DNA from: Podarcis cretensis
Taxonomy: Eukaryota
Direction: 5' to 3'
Assembly (NCBI GenBank): GCA_951804945.1
Contig: OX638155.1
Coordinates: forward strand, 61,380,001-61,444,000
Length of the DNA stretch: 64,000 nucleotides
Shown: positions 1 to 14,300 of the stretch, one piece after another
Numbering within the stretch: the stretch's first letter is position 1
How the letters are laid out: each line of letters begins with the position of its first letter
Translations under genes and position numbers: made by a program
Notes under the pieces: model-generated
Databases searched by the model: none
Told to the model about the DNA's origin: nothing
Seen by the model: only the letters and a program-made list of their open reading frames with translations

Positions 1-272
1 CATTGTTCTGTCTCAGCTCCTGCCAACCTAGCAGTTTGAAAACACGTCAAAGTACAGGTAGATAAATAGGTACCACTCCAGCGGGAAGGTAAACAGCGTT
101 TCTGTGCGCTGCTCTGGTTCACCAGAAGTGGCTTAGTCATGCTGGCCACATGACCTGGAAGCTGTGTGTGGAAAAATGCCAGCTCCCTTGGCCTATAGAG
201 CGAGATGAGTGCCGCAACCCCAGAGTCATCCGCGACTGGATCTAATGGTCAGGGGTACCTTTACCTTTACCT
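1..272 (+). mobile_element. Sauria SINE (5' end outside window)
   Basis: Body motifs ctcctgccaacctagcagtt..gtagataaataggtacc and gtcatgctggccacatgacc; ends in the (ACCTTT)n tail. Confidence 0.9.
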
Positions 273-397
273 ATATTGAGGAAATGCCTAAAAGTATGTA
301 AAAAATATATATATGTGGGAAAGAAATGTGTCGTTTAGGAAAAACAAAGTACACAAAAACCTAGTCCACATGAACCCTTCATGGACTTATCTGTAAA

Positions 398-610
398 CAG
401 TGGTACCTTGGGTTACAGACGCTTCAGCTTACAGACTCCGCTAATCCAGAAATAGTACCTCGGGTTAAGAACTTTGCTTCAGGATGAGAACAGAAATCGG
501 GTGGTGGCAGCACGGCAGCAGCGGGAGAGTCCATTAGCTAAAGTGGTACCTCAGGTTAAGAACAGTTTCAGGTTAAGAACGAATTAAGTTCTTAATTCGA
601 GGTACCACTG
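398..610. mobile_element. Tc1/mariner-type MITE (CAGTGGTACCTC TIR), copy 1
   Basis: TIRs cagtggtacct / aggtaccactg, TA on right flank; three more copies in the window. Confidence 0.85.
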
Positions 611-619
611 TACTAGTAT

Positions 620-970
620 TGAGCAGGACAGCCTCAAACAAAGATGTGCTCTCCCAAGCCCACATTCCCAGCATATTCACACTCCTGTCTCAGCTCGCTT
701 GGTCATTTCTACAGAATAGAAGATGATCCCCCAAGGATGTGCTCTATGGGGAGCTGGCTTCAGGCACCAGGTCTGATGGCAGACCAGCTCTGTGTTATAA
801 AGATGTTTGCAAAGGTGACATGAAGGCTGGCAACATCAACCCTGGCATGTGGGAATCCCTTGCAGACACCTCCAGTGTCTCGAAACAGACAGACAGGTCA
901 TGTATGCATAGCAATAACTGGAGGAGGAATGAAAAAAGCAAACTAGTAGGGGCCGTATTGCAGCAGGCAT
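620..970 (+). mobile_element. Degenerate RTE-clade LINE fragment (C-terminal ORF region)
   Basis: Translation PKDVLYGELASGTRSDGRPALCYKDVCKGDMK..WESLA resembles the post-RT region of RTE elements. Confidence 0.75.
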
Positions 971-3211
971 AGGCTAAGAGCCATAAGATCCAGTTAATAG
1001 ACTTGGTAATTTACCCAGGTCTTTGGAGCTTGTTGTCAAGGTTCAATAGGTAACTGAATACCTCTGAACCAGTCCTTGCACACAGCATAATGGGGAGAGC
1101 TGAGGGGTGTGTGGGGGTTTGCGTGTGTGATCTGTCCTCTAGTTTGAGCACTTGTCTGAATGGATTCAGGCTTTCCTCCAACACCAACCATCTCCCCTCT
1201 GGCAGTATCAGTGATGTCTAAAGTAAACAGCAATCAAAACCAATGTCACAACTCCCTGCTCCCCCCCCCCATCCCAGTCCAGTTCTAGGATGTGATCACA
1301 ATTCAAATTACAGGAGGAAAATGTGCATCAGCAAGCTCCAGGGAAAAAAACAGAGAACACTTGTTCTGAGCCTTGGGACTGTACACACTTGTTTGCTCTG
1401 GTACTGCTTCCTCCATGTTGAACGTCAAACCCGATCGCTCACATTTACAGTTGGAACGTCTAAGAGGGCTATGATCTGATGCCTTTTCTATGTGTTGGCA
1501 AGTTCAACCAGAACAGATGCCAAAAGACTCCTATAAGGATTAAACTGTTAACCACAAATACACTGATTCAGTTGGGAAGAATTATATGTTGCTGACCTTA
1601 TTAGCAGTTGCAATTAACTTTGGCTCAGGGAAAGCAAAGCTTTGAACATGTGCCACAGATAGGTTGAGGGGAGGTCAGAGAGAGCTTATCTCGTTTATTT
1701 AATGTGCTTGTGAAATGGGAGCCTTCCAAATCACTTGGCACCAGTAGGCTATACGTATAGCTAGCCTATGTCTTTGCATAACCGTCTTATCGCTGTTGTT
1801 GCTGTAATAGCTGTGCTTCACTGCATTACCTCTAACTCTGCATTACCTCTGTGCAGTTTGCTATACTTCACTTGCTCTACCTCTTCGTAGTCTTGGCCTC
1901 TGCTTTGCATGACTTCAGCAGGACTCTGCATGAACCCAGCTGTACAACTGCCTGAACTAATTTGCAGGATGGAGGCCTTATCTTAGAAACATTTTTTTTT
2001 TTGGGGGGGGGAATTGCTGTGAAACCTGATTATTACTGGGATTTTGGAGGAATACAAATAAATTGTACAAGTACAAAAGTTATTAAGAGCACTATGGTGT
2101 CCTTCACTAATATACAATTTTACTTTGAGACATTTATTTGAAAAGCACCCTTCATTAGCCAGATCACAATTTTTGCTTTCACAGGGATATTAGGGTTAAC
2201 TAGACCCATGACAAATGTGTTTTTGTATTTCATGTGTAGGTGGGTGGGTGTTTTTTTAATGCAAATAGCAGCAGCTGGCGTTGGGGTGGTAGTTATCAGG
2301 AGCACAGCAGGCATCAAGGGGGAATTTAACCCTTTCTTAGAAATTCTGTGCATGGATTTTTTGAAAGAAAGTAGCAGGTGTTGATGCCCTGATTTGGAGG
2401 GGGACCCTGACATTGTGGCAGGGGGGCCTCAACCTTCTCCCCTGCTGTAATTCCTATCCAGATTGAGCTCCACACTGAAATAAAAGCTGGAACAGTGCTG
2501 GTGGGGGGCAGGCGAGGCAAGGTGGAGTTAAAGCCTTTGCTCCATGCATCCAGTCTGGATCCCCTGCCCCAGCCCAAGAGCCTGCTGTTTACTCTTAAGA
2601 AGTCATTCATGCATTCACTAATTACATGAATGGCATCTGATCTGATCTGGACCTAAAACACTGTTCAAGTAGTGCTGCCACCACCTGGTGGAGCTCTCAT
2701 AATAAGCCATTGATTTCTCAGATGACTATTTCAAGAGTTTTAAAACACAGCAGAGGAGAAGTATCACCCGCAGTTTTTGAGTGCGTGAAATATGGTGCTT
2801 TGCGGATGTTCAGTCCTTCCCCACCATAAGTGTCTTGAATTAGTTTCGTCAAACTTTGTAGCCACAATGATTTGTCCCTCTGTTGCTGCTATGTGCTTTT
2901 TTCTTGTTTCTGTGTTATGGTCTGGTGGCCCACATAGCACCAAAAAAATAGGGGCAGATCCCTGGTTGCCCTGGCAGCCTGAGAACCCTACCCTATCTTC
3001 AGGAGGGCAGCAAAGAAGACAATAAGGGCTGACTCGCCTTATCTTATGACACTATCTTGCAGCACATCACAGACAGAGAAGTGTATCCCTACTGACACCT
3101 TCATTTGACGTGCCCATGAGCAATTGATAATTGTGCACCCCACCTGCCACCTGTAGCATTAATGGAAGGAGGAAGTTCAACTTGGTAGCCTTCAGTCCCT
3201 GTCAGGGTAAT

Positions 3212-3256
3212 TATAATATAATATAATATAATATAATATAATATAATATAATATAA
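3212..3256. repeat. (TAATA)n microsatellite
   Basis: Pentanucleotide run seen directly. Confidence 0.95.
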
Positions 3257-3790
3257 TCAATAATAATAATTGAAAAGTTGAAAAGTTAGGTGGTCTGTTT
3301 TGGCTCAGTCTCAGTTTTAATTACGGGGGTGATGATGGCTCTCTGTAATTGAAATGCTGATGTGGAGAAATGTTATTGACTGGCTGGCAATGTATCTAAA
3401 TATGCTTTCCATTATATTGCAATGACTTTGGTCAAATTTTGTACATAGGTACCTGGTTAACATCACATATGGACATATGGGGCACTCAGCAACAGCCACT
3501 GTCTTCTTTTCTCTGCAGACATCCACCAAGATAGGATATGAGGGGGGAAGGAAGCAGTTTGCCTGGGACGCCCTGAAATCTGGTGTTGGCCCAGAGTGTT
3601 GCATAAAGTCTGCATTAAGGATACGGAAGAGGTTTCAAAGCTTCTAAATGAAATCCTCTGGTCATCACAAACTGGAGTGTTACAAAGCATTTAAAGGTAG
3701 GGAACATCACAACCCCCACTCCACTAAACATCATAATAACAAATCATGGATTCAACTCTTTGTGGTCAGGAAGTGTGTATTATCAGGATT

Positions 3791-3998
3791 CATAAGAACA
3801 AAGGAAGAGGCTGCTGAATCAGGCCAGTGGTCCATCCAATGCAGTATTTGCTCTCACAGCGGCCAAGCAGATGACTGTGGAAAGCCCAAAAGTCAGACCT
3901 GAGCACAAGAGCACTTTCCCCTTCTGTGGTTTCCATCAGTTGGTATTCAGAGTTATTACTGTCATTGGACCCTGGAGGCAGAGTGTAGCCGTCATGAC
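3791..3998 (-). mobile_element. CR1 LINE 3' end fragment
   Basis: cataagaaca tail followed by ctgctgaatcaggccagtggtccatc; similar copies at 12733 and 28947. Confidence 0.65.
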
Positions 3999-5884
3999 CC
4001 TGAGCCTAATTCCAGATCACAAGAAGGCTTTTAATTGTGCTTCATCAAATGCCCTTGGAAGTCCCCTTCAGAAATAATGCCTGAACAGGACTTTTGTCTC
4101 AAGTCATTGTAGTATTTCCATGTTATCTCTTCTTAGAACTGTGCTTTTTAAAAAAAAGCAAAATGGAAGTGTGAAATCAGCCCTACAAAACTGCAAGGCT
4201 CATTGGGTTGTTATGATAAAAAGTTGGAGAAATACAAAGTGATGACATATCTGGAATCGAATACAACGCTGTGAGTTAAGATGTTGTCAGACACATAGTG
4301 AGTTTCAGCTGGCAAGCCCACTTTGCATGAGGCTAATGATAAGCCGGCAGATGTTAAGTTGTTGATGGTGTTTTTTGGAGCAGGGTTTGTTCTAGCATTG
4401 CATAAAGTCTACATTAAGGATGAAGAAAAGGTGTCAAGAGTATGTAGCAGAAAGTCATTGATCCCAACAGATCAGGAATTTGCAGAGCATGGGAAAGGCA
4501 GAAGATAAACACAAAGAACCTGAAGTATAGAGTTAAACAATCTGAGATTTCAAATATGTGATATTGCATATCTATTGTTGGAATATGTTAAAACTAATAC
4601 AGAAATGAAAAACAGAAACCCTGAGCTAATGAAAAGTAATTCAATATTTAACTTTTTTCTTTTAGAGGTTTTTAAAGTAATTTACCACACTAGCAGCTTG
4701 TTTAAAAGTAGATACTCAAAAAACATTTCACTTTAAGTAATAGTCTTCTTGTAGCCACCTTTATATTACAATGTGGGACGTAATCAGAGCAAGCATTCTT
4801 GACACATGCTGAAGTAGATCAATTGACAGTAATGTGTATATTTATGTTATATTTTAGCATGAGTGGGCAATTGATGTAACCTCTCTGAGGCACTTTTTGT
4901 AGGCATTCATCCTAGGCAGCATGAACTTTCGATCTACATGTGAGATATTTTGAACACTGGCACATAGCCAATGCTCAGCTGTTCTCCACAAAATATACTC
5001 TTGGGAGATACCTAAAGAGGAGATAGATATATTCCTTGGAATACATTCCTTTGGAATGTTCAAATGGTTTGCCCAAGTACCATTCTACAGTAGTGGGAGA
5101 AGCTGCCTTCATTAAAAATATGTTTTCTACCCAGGCACAAATATCAAATGAGAGTCCATGCTGGATTGATTCTGGCAATCCTATCTCTAGACTGGCTTAT
5201 TCTGCTTCCACCCTTTCCCTTTTCTCAGCTGTTCATCTGGATAGTGATCTTGCTTTGGAAAAAAGACTGCAGTATGTTTTGAATTAGATGCTGACTCTGC
5301 CCAACACTAAGGGCCTGCCTGATGGTTCTTTTAGAAAGCCCACACAACACGTTTGACATCACTTGGTGGTTGGCAGCTCCTGGACAATCACTCCAGGAAA
5401 AAAAATACAGGATAGCATTGCCCAAGAATTCCTAAGTTCCCATCTTGGGACAAGTGGGAATCCTTGAGTCTGGTGGCTATCATGAAAACCACCTGAAGTT
5501 CTTAAACTTATATATTTACTGTCAATTCTAATCTTATTGGTAGATGTCCTTATGTGTGGAAGGGCTTTGTGTAGGAATAGGAAGGACTTCTCTCTGCAGC
5601 CTGGTGCCAGTCAGTGTATATTAGTGTATATAAATTTTCTACATTCCTATAACCCATTTTTTTTTTTTTAAAACCCCTTCTGATCAGGCATCAGTAGTTG
5701 TGCTTCCAAGGTAACCCAACCTGATGATCTGTTCCCTTCTTGGTTCAGAACCACAGACCTTGAAGGGACCACAGGTATAATCCAGACTGACCCCCAAACC
5801 AATAACATAATATTTGAAGCAACATGGCAAACATAAAAAACAGCAGCACCTTCATACATCTGGGAGAGGCTCCTTGTGTTCACC

Positions 5885-5885
<1 letters not shown>

Positions 5886-5915
<30 letters not shown>

Positions 5916-5938
5916 CTTCTTCTTCTTCTTCTTCTTCT
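5886..5938. repeat. (TTC)n microsatellite
   Basis: Seen directly; lies at the tail of the minus-strand L2. Confidence 0.95.
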
Positions 5939-5940
5939 TT

Positions 5941-6263
5941 TGAATTTATATACTGCCCGATACCTGGAGGTATCTCAGTATGGTTCACAGAACGAAATCA
6001 AAATATAAAACCACAAAATATATCATCAAAATAAAAACAACAACCCAATAGCCCCCCACAACCCCCTCATTTTAAAACGGCATGTCAATCAAATCAACCA
6101 AAAGCCTGGTTAAAAAGGAATGTTTTTGTCTGGTGCCTAAAGGTGTACAATGAAGGCTCCAGGCAAACTTCCCTGGGGAGAGCATTCCACAGATGGGGAG
6201 TCACTGCAGAGGAGGCCCATTCTCGTGTTGCCACTCTCCGGACCTTTCGAGGAGGAGGCACAC
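5941..6263 (-). mobile_element. L2 LINE 3' fragment
   Basis: Translation RRVATREWASSAVTPHLWNALPREV..FRHQTKTFLFNQAF is an L2 ORF2 C-terminus, followed by a T-rich 3' UTR. Confidence 0.8.
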
Positions 6264-8409
6264 AAAGATTATGCATAGGGTCAGGCTCTGACCCTCACTA
6301 TGTGTTCCTTTGGGTATTTGGGTTTTCATCAACTAACTTTTACTCTGAGCAGACCCACTGAAATTAATAACCATGTCTAACTTAGGTACCTTAATGAGTT
6401 TACTTGTAGTAAAATTTATTCAGATATTACCCTTGAAGTATGCTTCCACTTGTGGCATGTGCATGAAAATGGGTCAGATCCTGTTGCCCTCTCCCAATGT
6501 GCAGTCACATCCCACCTTCTGCAAGTCCAAAGAGAATGAATGTCAACAATGAAAAGAGCAGGAATAAATAATTAAGGTCTCCTAAAACTTTGTTATCTTT
6601 CATCATTTGGGGTTACAGTGACCTGTACCTGAGGTGGAGAGGGGTACTAGAGGGAGTGCACTAGCAAAATTATTAGACTTGGGGTTTGTTCAGAGCCACA
6701 AACACCCTCTGTTCATGAAACATTTGTAATTATGAGTTACTGCCATTAAACAAAAGTGAAATGGCTTCAACTCTAGTAAACAAAACCACATTTTCAGCCT
6801 CTAGGCTGCAATAAAAAAAAGTTTTGTAATTACTGTGCAACTTTGTGAAATTTTCTTCCAGTATTGTGATAGCATCAGGGGACCCACTTGCAATGGAAAC
6901 TGTAGCAGTGACATCATCAGTCTTTCCTGTGTGAGAAACCTTGCTCATCTCTCCACTCTTGGTAACCTGTCTGGATATGGGATATGCACTGATTACGTTA
7001 AGTTCTCTTCCCTCGATCCCCAGCTCCAACTAAACTTTTAAGACATTGTGTTTATAAGTCAAATATCATGTATTACGTTTACCTAGGAAGGTTACATATA
7101 TGAGAGCTGCTATAAAGCCCAGCATGAAGTTTTGCAAAAGGTCCCAGGGAAGCACCAAAGAACAATGTTCATGTTTGTTTTCCTTCTGCTCCTGGTTCAT
7201 TTGATCCAGCCCTATAGCCAGAGAACTTAACGGTGGGTTGGGTAATTGCTGTAGATGCAGATCTATAAATAACTTGGCAAGAGGGGTTGTAGGGTCAGTC
7301 AGAAAAAATATTATTTAGACTAGCCTAGAATAGAAAGGCATGTGAAAAATTCCAGAGCAACTTAATAATAACCATTTAATATTGGGTCGGGAAAAAATGA
7401 AATGTACTGCGTGGAACCCAAGGAAAGACAACCAGAATACTTGAGAGCTAAGACATCTTCCCCTTCCTACAAAACAGTGAATGCTCTTACTTTTAGGACC
7501 AAAATTATACATATAGGATATTGGGCCTGGCATACTTTCTTTTTAACCAAAATTAGCTGTTGGGGGCTTCCTGCTGGATTGGAGCATGATGTGGCTTGAA
7601 AAAATTGCCCCCCTGAAGCTGCTGTTCTTAACATGTCTAGGATTAGAACCAAGTCATGCAGGAAGGTTTAAAGCTGTCTTTTCTGACAGGGAGATTGGCT
7701 ATTTCACTGCATTCTGTTGCAGTTGTTCTGTATTATATTGCAAAACTGTGATAGTTTACACTGGTGTTTTACACATCAGTCATAACACAAACTAGAACAA
7801 GGTACGGTAATCTTGTTTTTCTCTTTCATCGCTTGGATCCCCCCACCTTTCTATTCTTGGAGGAGCAGGTATATCTTGACATTGTTCAGACTTCCTGGAG
7901 CCTTTCGTCAAACAACAGATACCATGTATGTATGTGCAGTCTTTTAACTTGGTCAAAAAGGGTTTATACTGTGAATTGTGTGACCTGAAATGCCAAGTAT
8001 GGTAAATATCGTTTCACATCATTCCCACATTGATCAAAGGTCCGCAGTACCTGAGGGCTGATGGCAGACCTTGACAACACCCACATATGGAGCTGCTGTA
8101 GAATGGCCAAGCAGTTTTGAACTAAGTCCACTTTGCTATGAATTCTTTTTCAGCGGAAAGTGATCTAAATTTAGTAAAATTCAAAACAAAACAAAAACAC
8201 ACACGGGGAGAGGAGAGAACCAGCAAGCAACAGCAAATTCCACTGTTGGGATGAAATGGTAACCAGGCCTTATGGTCTGATGCTCATTTTCTAACACCCT
8301 GCCAGGGCAAGAACTAGACTGCATCCAAATTTCTTTGTCTTTGTTGGTATTTTCTGTTTTACCCACAGGGCTCCTATTTGAGTCAATGCAGCATAATATT
8401 TATTAATTT

Positions 8410-8616
8410 AGCATAGTGGTTAGAATCTTAGTTCAGGAAGACCTGGGTGCAAATCAGCCATGAAGAAGACTGGATGGCCTTAGGTTAGTCACTAACTCTC
8501 AGACTAGCCTACCTCACAAACTCGTTGTGAGGATAAAATAGGAGGGGGTGTAAAATGATACATGCTATGTTGAGTTTGCCAAAGGCAGGGTTGGATATAA
8601 ATGTAATAAATAAATA
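8410..8616 (+). mobile_element. tRNA-derived CORE/MIR-like SINE, degenerate
   Basis: A-box-like tagtggttag, B-box-like gggtgcaaatc, CORE-like cctacctcac..ttgtgaggataaa, (TAAA)n tail. Confidence 0.6.
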
Positions 8617-11352
8617 CATCTGATTCTTCTTTCAGGGAAATTTATTTCCAACATTCTTCTTTCCCATTAACCCAATTTCGTGTTCATCATGTTTCATTGT
8701 ATCAATATATACTTGCTTGCATAGCATAAACTTTTACTATACAGTTACTGAAATATTTTTATTTAATACAAGCAACGCAAAGGGAGTAGGATTATTTGGT
8801 TCCTTCTAATACAAATGCCCTTTAACTTTTCTCTCTGTCTCCCTATAACAATATAAGAGTTTGCCAGTTATATATTTGGCAACACATTTGGAGGTACTCA
8901 GATTATTAATCTGCAATGTTATATAAAAAAGAAAGATTTCTAGGAAATTGTACTGTATACTCATAATTGGTAAACTCAGCAATAATACACCTACAGATTC
9001 CAATATAATATTGGAAACCTTCAGAAATCTATCCCAAGTGCCAGCCAAAGTTCTCCAAACTTTCTACTCTATTGTAAAACCCTATAATGCTTTCAGATGT
9101 TTGAGAATAATGGATCATGTGAGAGAAAAATGTTTAGCTAAGGAAAATTCCTTAAAGGCATGTACATTTTTCAAAGTCACTTAAGCTAGGGGAGAACAAA
9201 GCAATAGAATAGAGTGAAAGAAAATATACTTATTGAACCTCCAAAGAAAATATTGTTGGGGAGGTACTAGTAAAAGGGTCAGAAGCAGGCAGCCTGAGAT
9301 TTTTATTTGAGTGGTGCAGAATTTGGATGTCTAATTTCAGGATGTTTTGTGCTGGTTTCAGTAACTGGAGGGAGTTGCTGTAGAACGTCTCTGCCTGTAT
9401 TCTGTGGGCATAATTATATGACCACCATACTCTCTACCATGCTAAATGATTCTCCTCACTGGGACATTTGTTTTCTTTAGCTCTGATTGGTGTTCTGAGC
9501 TCAAGAATTTGAAACACTCACAAATATCCTCTGAACATGTGCAAAGTGTTCTCCTCTTACATATCAACTACTACAGCCACCCACTACCACACATTTTGGA
9601 TTGAGGAGCAGAGCTATCAAATTAGGGTATCCTGTTGTAGACTTTTGTATTTATTTTCTTCCATATAGTTTGAGATAGCAAGGCAGTTCACCATCAACAA
9701 AACAGTGAAATACAAACCTATAACAATATACCAGCATAAATTAAAATCCGGAACATTTATAACCCATCCTACCAACATGCGATCAATAAAAAAAAAGAAC
9801 TCCACAAAGACTAGCTGAACAATATGAACTCATGTTCAGTGCATAATGTCAAGCAGTAGTTATATGCCATTCATTTGAAGGGGAAGAAGTTGAAAGACCA
9901 AACTGTCCCTTTTAGGGGGAAAGAACAGTGTGCATTTTTGACACAGAGAACTGCTTCTAGCCAGTCCCAGTTCTAAAAGAGAACTATATGTTGCATTTAG
10001 AATAAATCCAGTTTTACTTTCAAGACTTTGTGTTCCAGTTCGAACAATCTGAGTTGAGCAGAGTTGCGCACCTCCCCACTGCTCCGATCGTCAGTCCCAG
10101 CTCTCAGTACGACATGTGTTCCTCTCCGCTATTATCCCATCTGCAGTTCTTGGAAATGGGTGTCATCCATCTTCTAGCAGTGGTGGTGAACGGCCGCTGG
10201 CTCTAATCCAAAGTGGCTGTTGCGATGTCTAGTGGGATGACTTAAGAAAACAAGTCCAAAGGCTTTCCCAAGATTTTGTGAATCCTATGGAGTTTCTAGA
10301 TGTTTCTGTGACCAGCAGGTCTTGTGGACACAGTACTCATAATGTCAGTTCAATGATTCACAAAGGCTTTATTCCAAAAATCACTATATGGCTTAACCAT
10401 AGATCAAATTACAGGTTGTCCACAGGAGTCCACAGGAGAGTACATGGCTAGACACAAGCTAAGGTGTTGTCTTAACACCTGACATGCATACTTTGCCTCC
10501 CTTTTGCAGAGCAGAGTGGGCACCAACATTCACATATTTTGGGTCCTGAGCAATGGAACTGGGCAGGCAAGTGAGTACTCCTTTGAATAGGCTGAGTCTG
10601 CACAATATTGTGGTGTTAGATGGGGTTTGTCCAGCTGACTCAGGTGCCTCCCCAATTATTGGGAATATCACATGAGTAGGAGGTTGGGGGGCACTGAGGT
10701 TGCTTTCCTTCCTCTGCTGGGACATCCAATGCCTGCATGATGGGTATGTTTCCCTCCCTAGCAACAAGCTCAGCACTCTTATCCCATTCCTCCTCCGCCT
10801 CTGACCAGCCCTGCCAAGAAGTCTTCATGATGCTCATAACAAGCAGGCCTTTCACTTCCATATCACATCACAAATTATTTCAAGGCTGCATGAAGTTACA
10901 AAATGATTTCACATTGGGAGCTGCTCTTGGCTTGAAGCAAATAGCCAGCTTTGGGAAGATTTTGACATGGTAAATCCCAACCAGCTGTTACATCAGTAGA
11001 CATTCATGAACATTCAATAACTATGTGAAATTTCACCAAGGAGCAGGGCAGGTAGAATCTCACCCCTGCAGCTGATGCCAAGATTCACAGGGTAGGGTCC
11101 TGGAAAAGTAATAATACAAGATTTGGTGCTAGGAGCATGGGAAATAATAAAACAAGATTTGGTGCATGACCAAAGAGCCAAAGCAATTACATTTGGATAC
11201 CCCCCCCCATTTTCCAGCCCTGTAAGTTAATGATGATCTCAGGAAGGTTCCCAAGGACATTTGCTGTATCTACCAATATGAAGTAAGATCAACACCTTAA
11301 TCTGAAGTAGAGTGGATCTCCAGGTCATCTATATGTAATGTTTCCAAAAAGG

Positions 11353-11488
11353 CAGGAGTGTGGAATTGTGGCCCTCCAGCTGGTGTTGGGTGTCAGCTTT
11401 TATTGTCCTTTTCCACTGGACATGCTGGCTGGGACTGGTAGGAGTTGGAGTCCAACAACATCTGGGAGACACAAGTTCTCCACCCCTG
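11353..11488. mobile_element. Old palindromic hAT-like MITE (ggagttgtagtccaacaacatctgg family)
   Basis: Imperfect TIRs caggagtgtggaattgt / acaagttctccacccctg; related copies near 24280, 24775, 25412 and 38865. Confidence 0.6.
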
Positions 11489-12229
11489 CTGTTAAGTAAA
11501 TGTTTCCTGTGTGGTGAACAGATGACAAGCACAGATCTTTTATCCTACACATGTGTCCTCAGAGGTTAGTGGGACTTGCTCCCAGGTATGTGTGCATAGG
11601 ATTGCATCCTAAATCTCTTTATTGCTCCATTACGATATATTCATATTTTTATTTGTGCTGGTTAGAAACATTCTTGAATATTTTCTTGTTCTGTCCCCCC
11701 CCCCCGGTGAATGCCTGATATAATTCCTTGAATCATTTCCCCATTCAACTGTAACTTGTAAATTCCTGTTAAGAAATGACCTGCCATTCATTTTTGGTTA
11801 TGACTGGTATGTTTCTAATTATTTGTAAACCTAATGAACTCTTCGTCTGGTTCTGCTGACCACACTACGTGCTAAGAAATAAGTAGCTGGGTGAAATAAG
11901 TAGAAATAAGAAATAAGTAGGCTCGAATCCAGAAGCTAGAGGGGTGCCTATTGGGGAAAACCCTTCCATCGATCCCGTTTTAAAAGAAACATATCTCCAC
12001 TCCACGCCGCTAGGGTATGTAGAAAGGATATATATGACAAGGCTAACAGCTTCCAAATAGTTTTGGCCAAGTCTTGACACTTATTGAGTTGAGAACTGAT
12101 TTCAAGTCAAGTGAAATGAGTATACACTGAAAATGTTTAGAATACTACCGGTTTGCTATGTCAGAGCAGAAATGCTTGTAACACATATTGTTAAAATATG
12201 AAAAGATTTAGAACCCGAAGCTAACAAAT

Positions 12230-12721
12230 TGTCAGGGACTGGGCAGAGGAGGAATGGTGGAGACCGCCTCCCCAGCCTGACCCTTCCAGAGAAGAAGAAG
12301 ACAGTTCAGAATTACAACAGGGGTTTGAGGGAGGTCACAGCTCAGAGGCATGTGAGGGGGAAAGCTAGAAAATAATGGGAGAGGAGGAAGAAAAAGCAAC
12401 AGGAGGGTAACAGCTGAGGGTAACACAGTGTCATTAGAAAGCATTCCAGACCCTCCTCTCCCAGAACCTGGCGAGCCTTGAAAGTAGGCGAGCAAAGGGC
12501 TCAGAAGCAAAGGCCCTCGGAGCCACCCATAGGGGAGAAGGTGACAAATGAGGAAGTGGGAGAAAAGGGGGTGGAGCTTTACTCAGGGCAACGCCATTAT
12601 TCCAAGAGGCTGCATTCCCAAGCCTCTCTGTGTAAACATTGAAGAAAAAGCAGATGGTAAGAACTTTTCTTGTCTCATCTGGCAATCTGCCGTGGTGGGT
12701 TGGTTCCTCTGCTGCCTGGCA
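12230..12721 (+). mobile_element. Solo LTR (about 490 bp)
   Basis: TG..CA ends with short inverted termini tgtcagg / cctggca; 5-bp flanks caaat / taaat (4/5 match). Confidence 0.65.
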
Positions 12722-12732
12722 TAAATACTATC

Positions 12733-12922
12733 AAGAACATAGGAACATAAAAAGAGTCTACTGGATCAGGCCACTGGCCCCTCTAGTCCAGCATCCATTT
12801 CTAAATAGTAGCCAACCACCTGCCCATGGGAAACCCACAAACGACCTGAACTCACCGGCACTCTCCCCTCCTGAAGTTTCCAGGAGCCAGCATTCAGAAG
12901 CATTACTGCCTCTGACTGTGGA
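12733..12922 (-). mobile_element. CR1 LINE 3' end fragment
   Basis: aagaacataggaacataa tail followed by ctggatcaggccactggcccctctagtccagcatcc. Confidence 0.7.
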
Positions 12923-12964
12923 TTGTGATCTGGGGACCTTAAGGACAGCTTTCTGATGCATGAA

Positions 12965-13280
12965 CTTGCCTTGCTCTAAGAATGGCCTTCTTCTCTGAGT
13001 TCTTCTGCTATTGAAGGTGAAATGGGACGACTGGAAATACACCCATTTCAGTTGTGGTACCCCAACTTTGGAACAATCTCCCTGATGGCTAGTGAAAAAA
13101 ACTTTTAGCCTCCTAGATCTTTATTTTAATGCTATTCTACTGATTTTGACTGGGCTGTTGCTATTCTTTCATAGAATTATTTATTTTAACTGTTTTTATT
13201 GGTTTTATGTAAGCTGCTCTGGGATTTTTGTTGGCTAAACAGCAGAGTAAAGCATACAAACGCTAAGCAAATAAGTAAAT
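12965..13280 (+). mobile_element. Old L2 LINE 3' fragment
   Basis: Encodes an FSVVVPQLWNNLP-like remnant, followed by a T-rich tail and gtaagctgctctggg end motif. Confidence 0.5.
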
Positions 13281-14239
13281 AAATACTGCATTGGATCCAA
13301 AGATTCCATTCTTCAGTTTTTCTCCAGCAGAAAGAATCATGTGATGGAAAGAGCCTTTTCATTGGATCCAACCTTTTGTCAGCTACATAAACTCAACAAG
13401 CAATTTATGTGCTCTTTTTATTTTACCTTACCCCAAGGTATGAATCCTACCACTTTGTCAGAGCGAACATGTATCGGTCAGTATGGTAGTCTGTATTCTT
13501 TATTATTATCCCAGTATTACAAATGGGGCCTGAGAAATATTAGATTACCCACCAGTGACTGATACTGAACATGAAGATTTCCTAAAGCACGTCCTTATTA
13601 AACATTTTCCCATAAGATCTCTCTAAACAATAGCAGGAGGCACTCTAAAATATATGTAGTCATTGTTCAGTTATTTATAGGAACTTTGAAAAGTTTAACA
13701 GCATATAGCTAAACTCCTGCATTAAAACCCTATGGTAGATATGGTGTCTTCTTTGGTGCTGATAGGGTAAAATACTGAAAAATTGTGCTGGAGGAGCTGT
13801 TACCACTTTAGCCAAATAAGATGCCATGTATCTTATGGTGGAGGCAAGGAGAGGAGAGTTAATCCTTTTCCCAGTATTGCTCTATGCTTTCGTAACTGCA
13901 AGTTTGAGAGATATAATAAAATAAACACATTGTTTTTAAACAGAAGTTTTCATGCTGCTCTGCATGGGAACAGCTGGTATATTATGGAATAGTCTAAGAT
14001 CCAGTTCAAAAATAATATTTAAGTTGGAACAAGTGCCTGTGTGATTTACACCTAACGTTGGTCAAAGTCTGACAAATAGCCAAATTGTAAGGGGGGGGGG
14101 GGTGGAGTAAAATGTCCATAGCGTTTTCTCATTTCTGGTTTAGCATTGAAAGACTATAACAAAAACAGCCCAAGTATTAAAGGTAACCCAAGCACTAAAA
14201 TTGTTTTCTGTATTGCATGGGTATCCCAGAAGAATAAGA

Positions 14240-14300
14240 ATAAGAATTTTATTATTTATACCCTGTCCATCTGGCTGGGTTTGCCCAGCCTTCTGGCTTC
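14240..14300 (-). mobile_element. Short L2 3' tail
   Basis: Reverse complement of the ggctggg-loop-cccagccagatgg..gggtataaataat tail. Confidence 0.7.

Noticed and set aside
5668-6008. Poly-Glu and poly-Leu ORFs
   Set aside because: They are translations of the (TTC)n microsatellite
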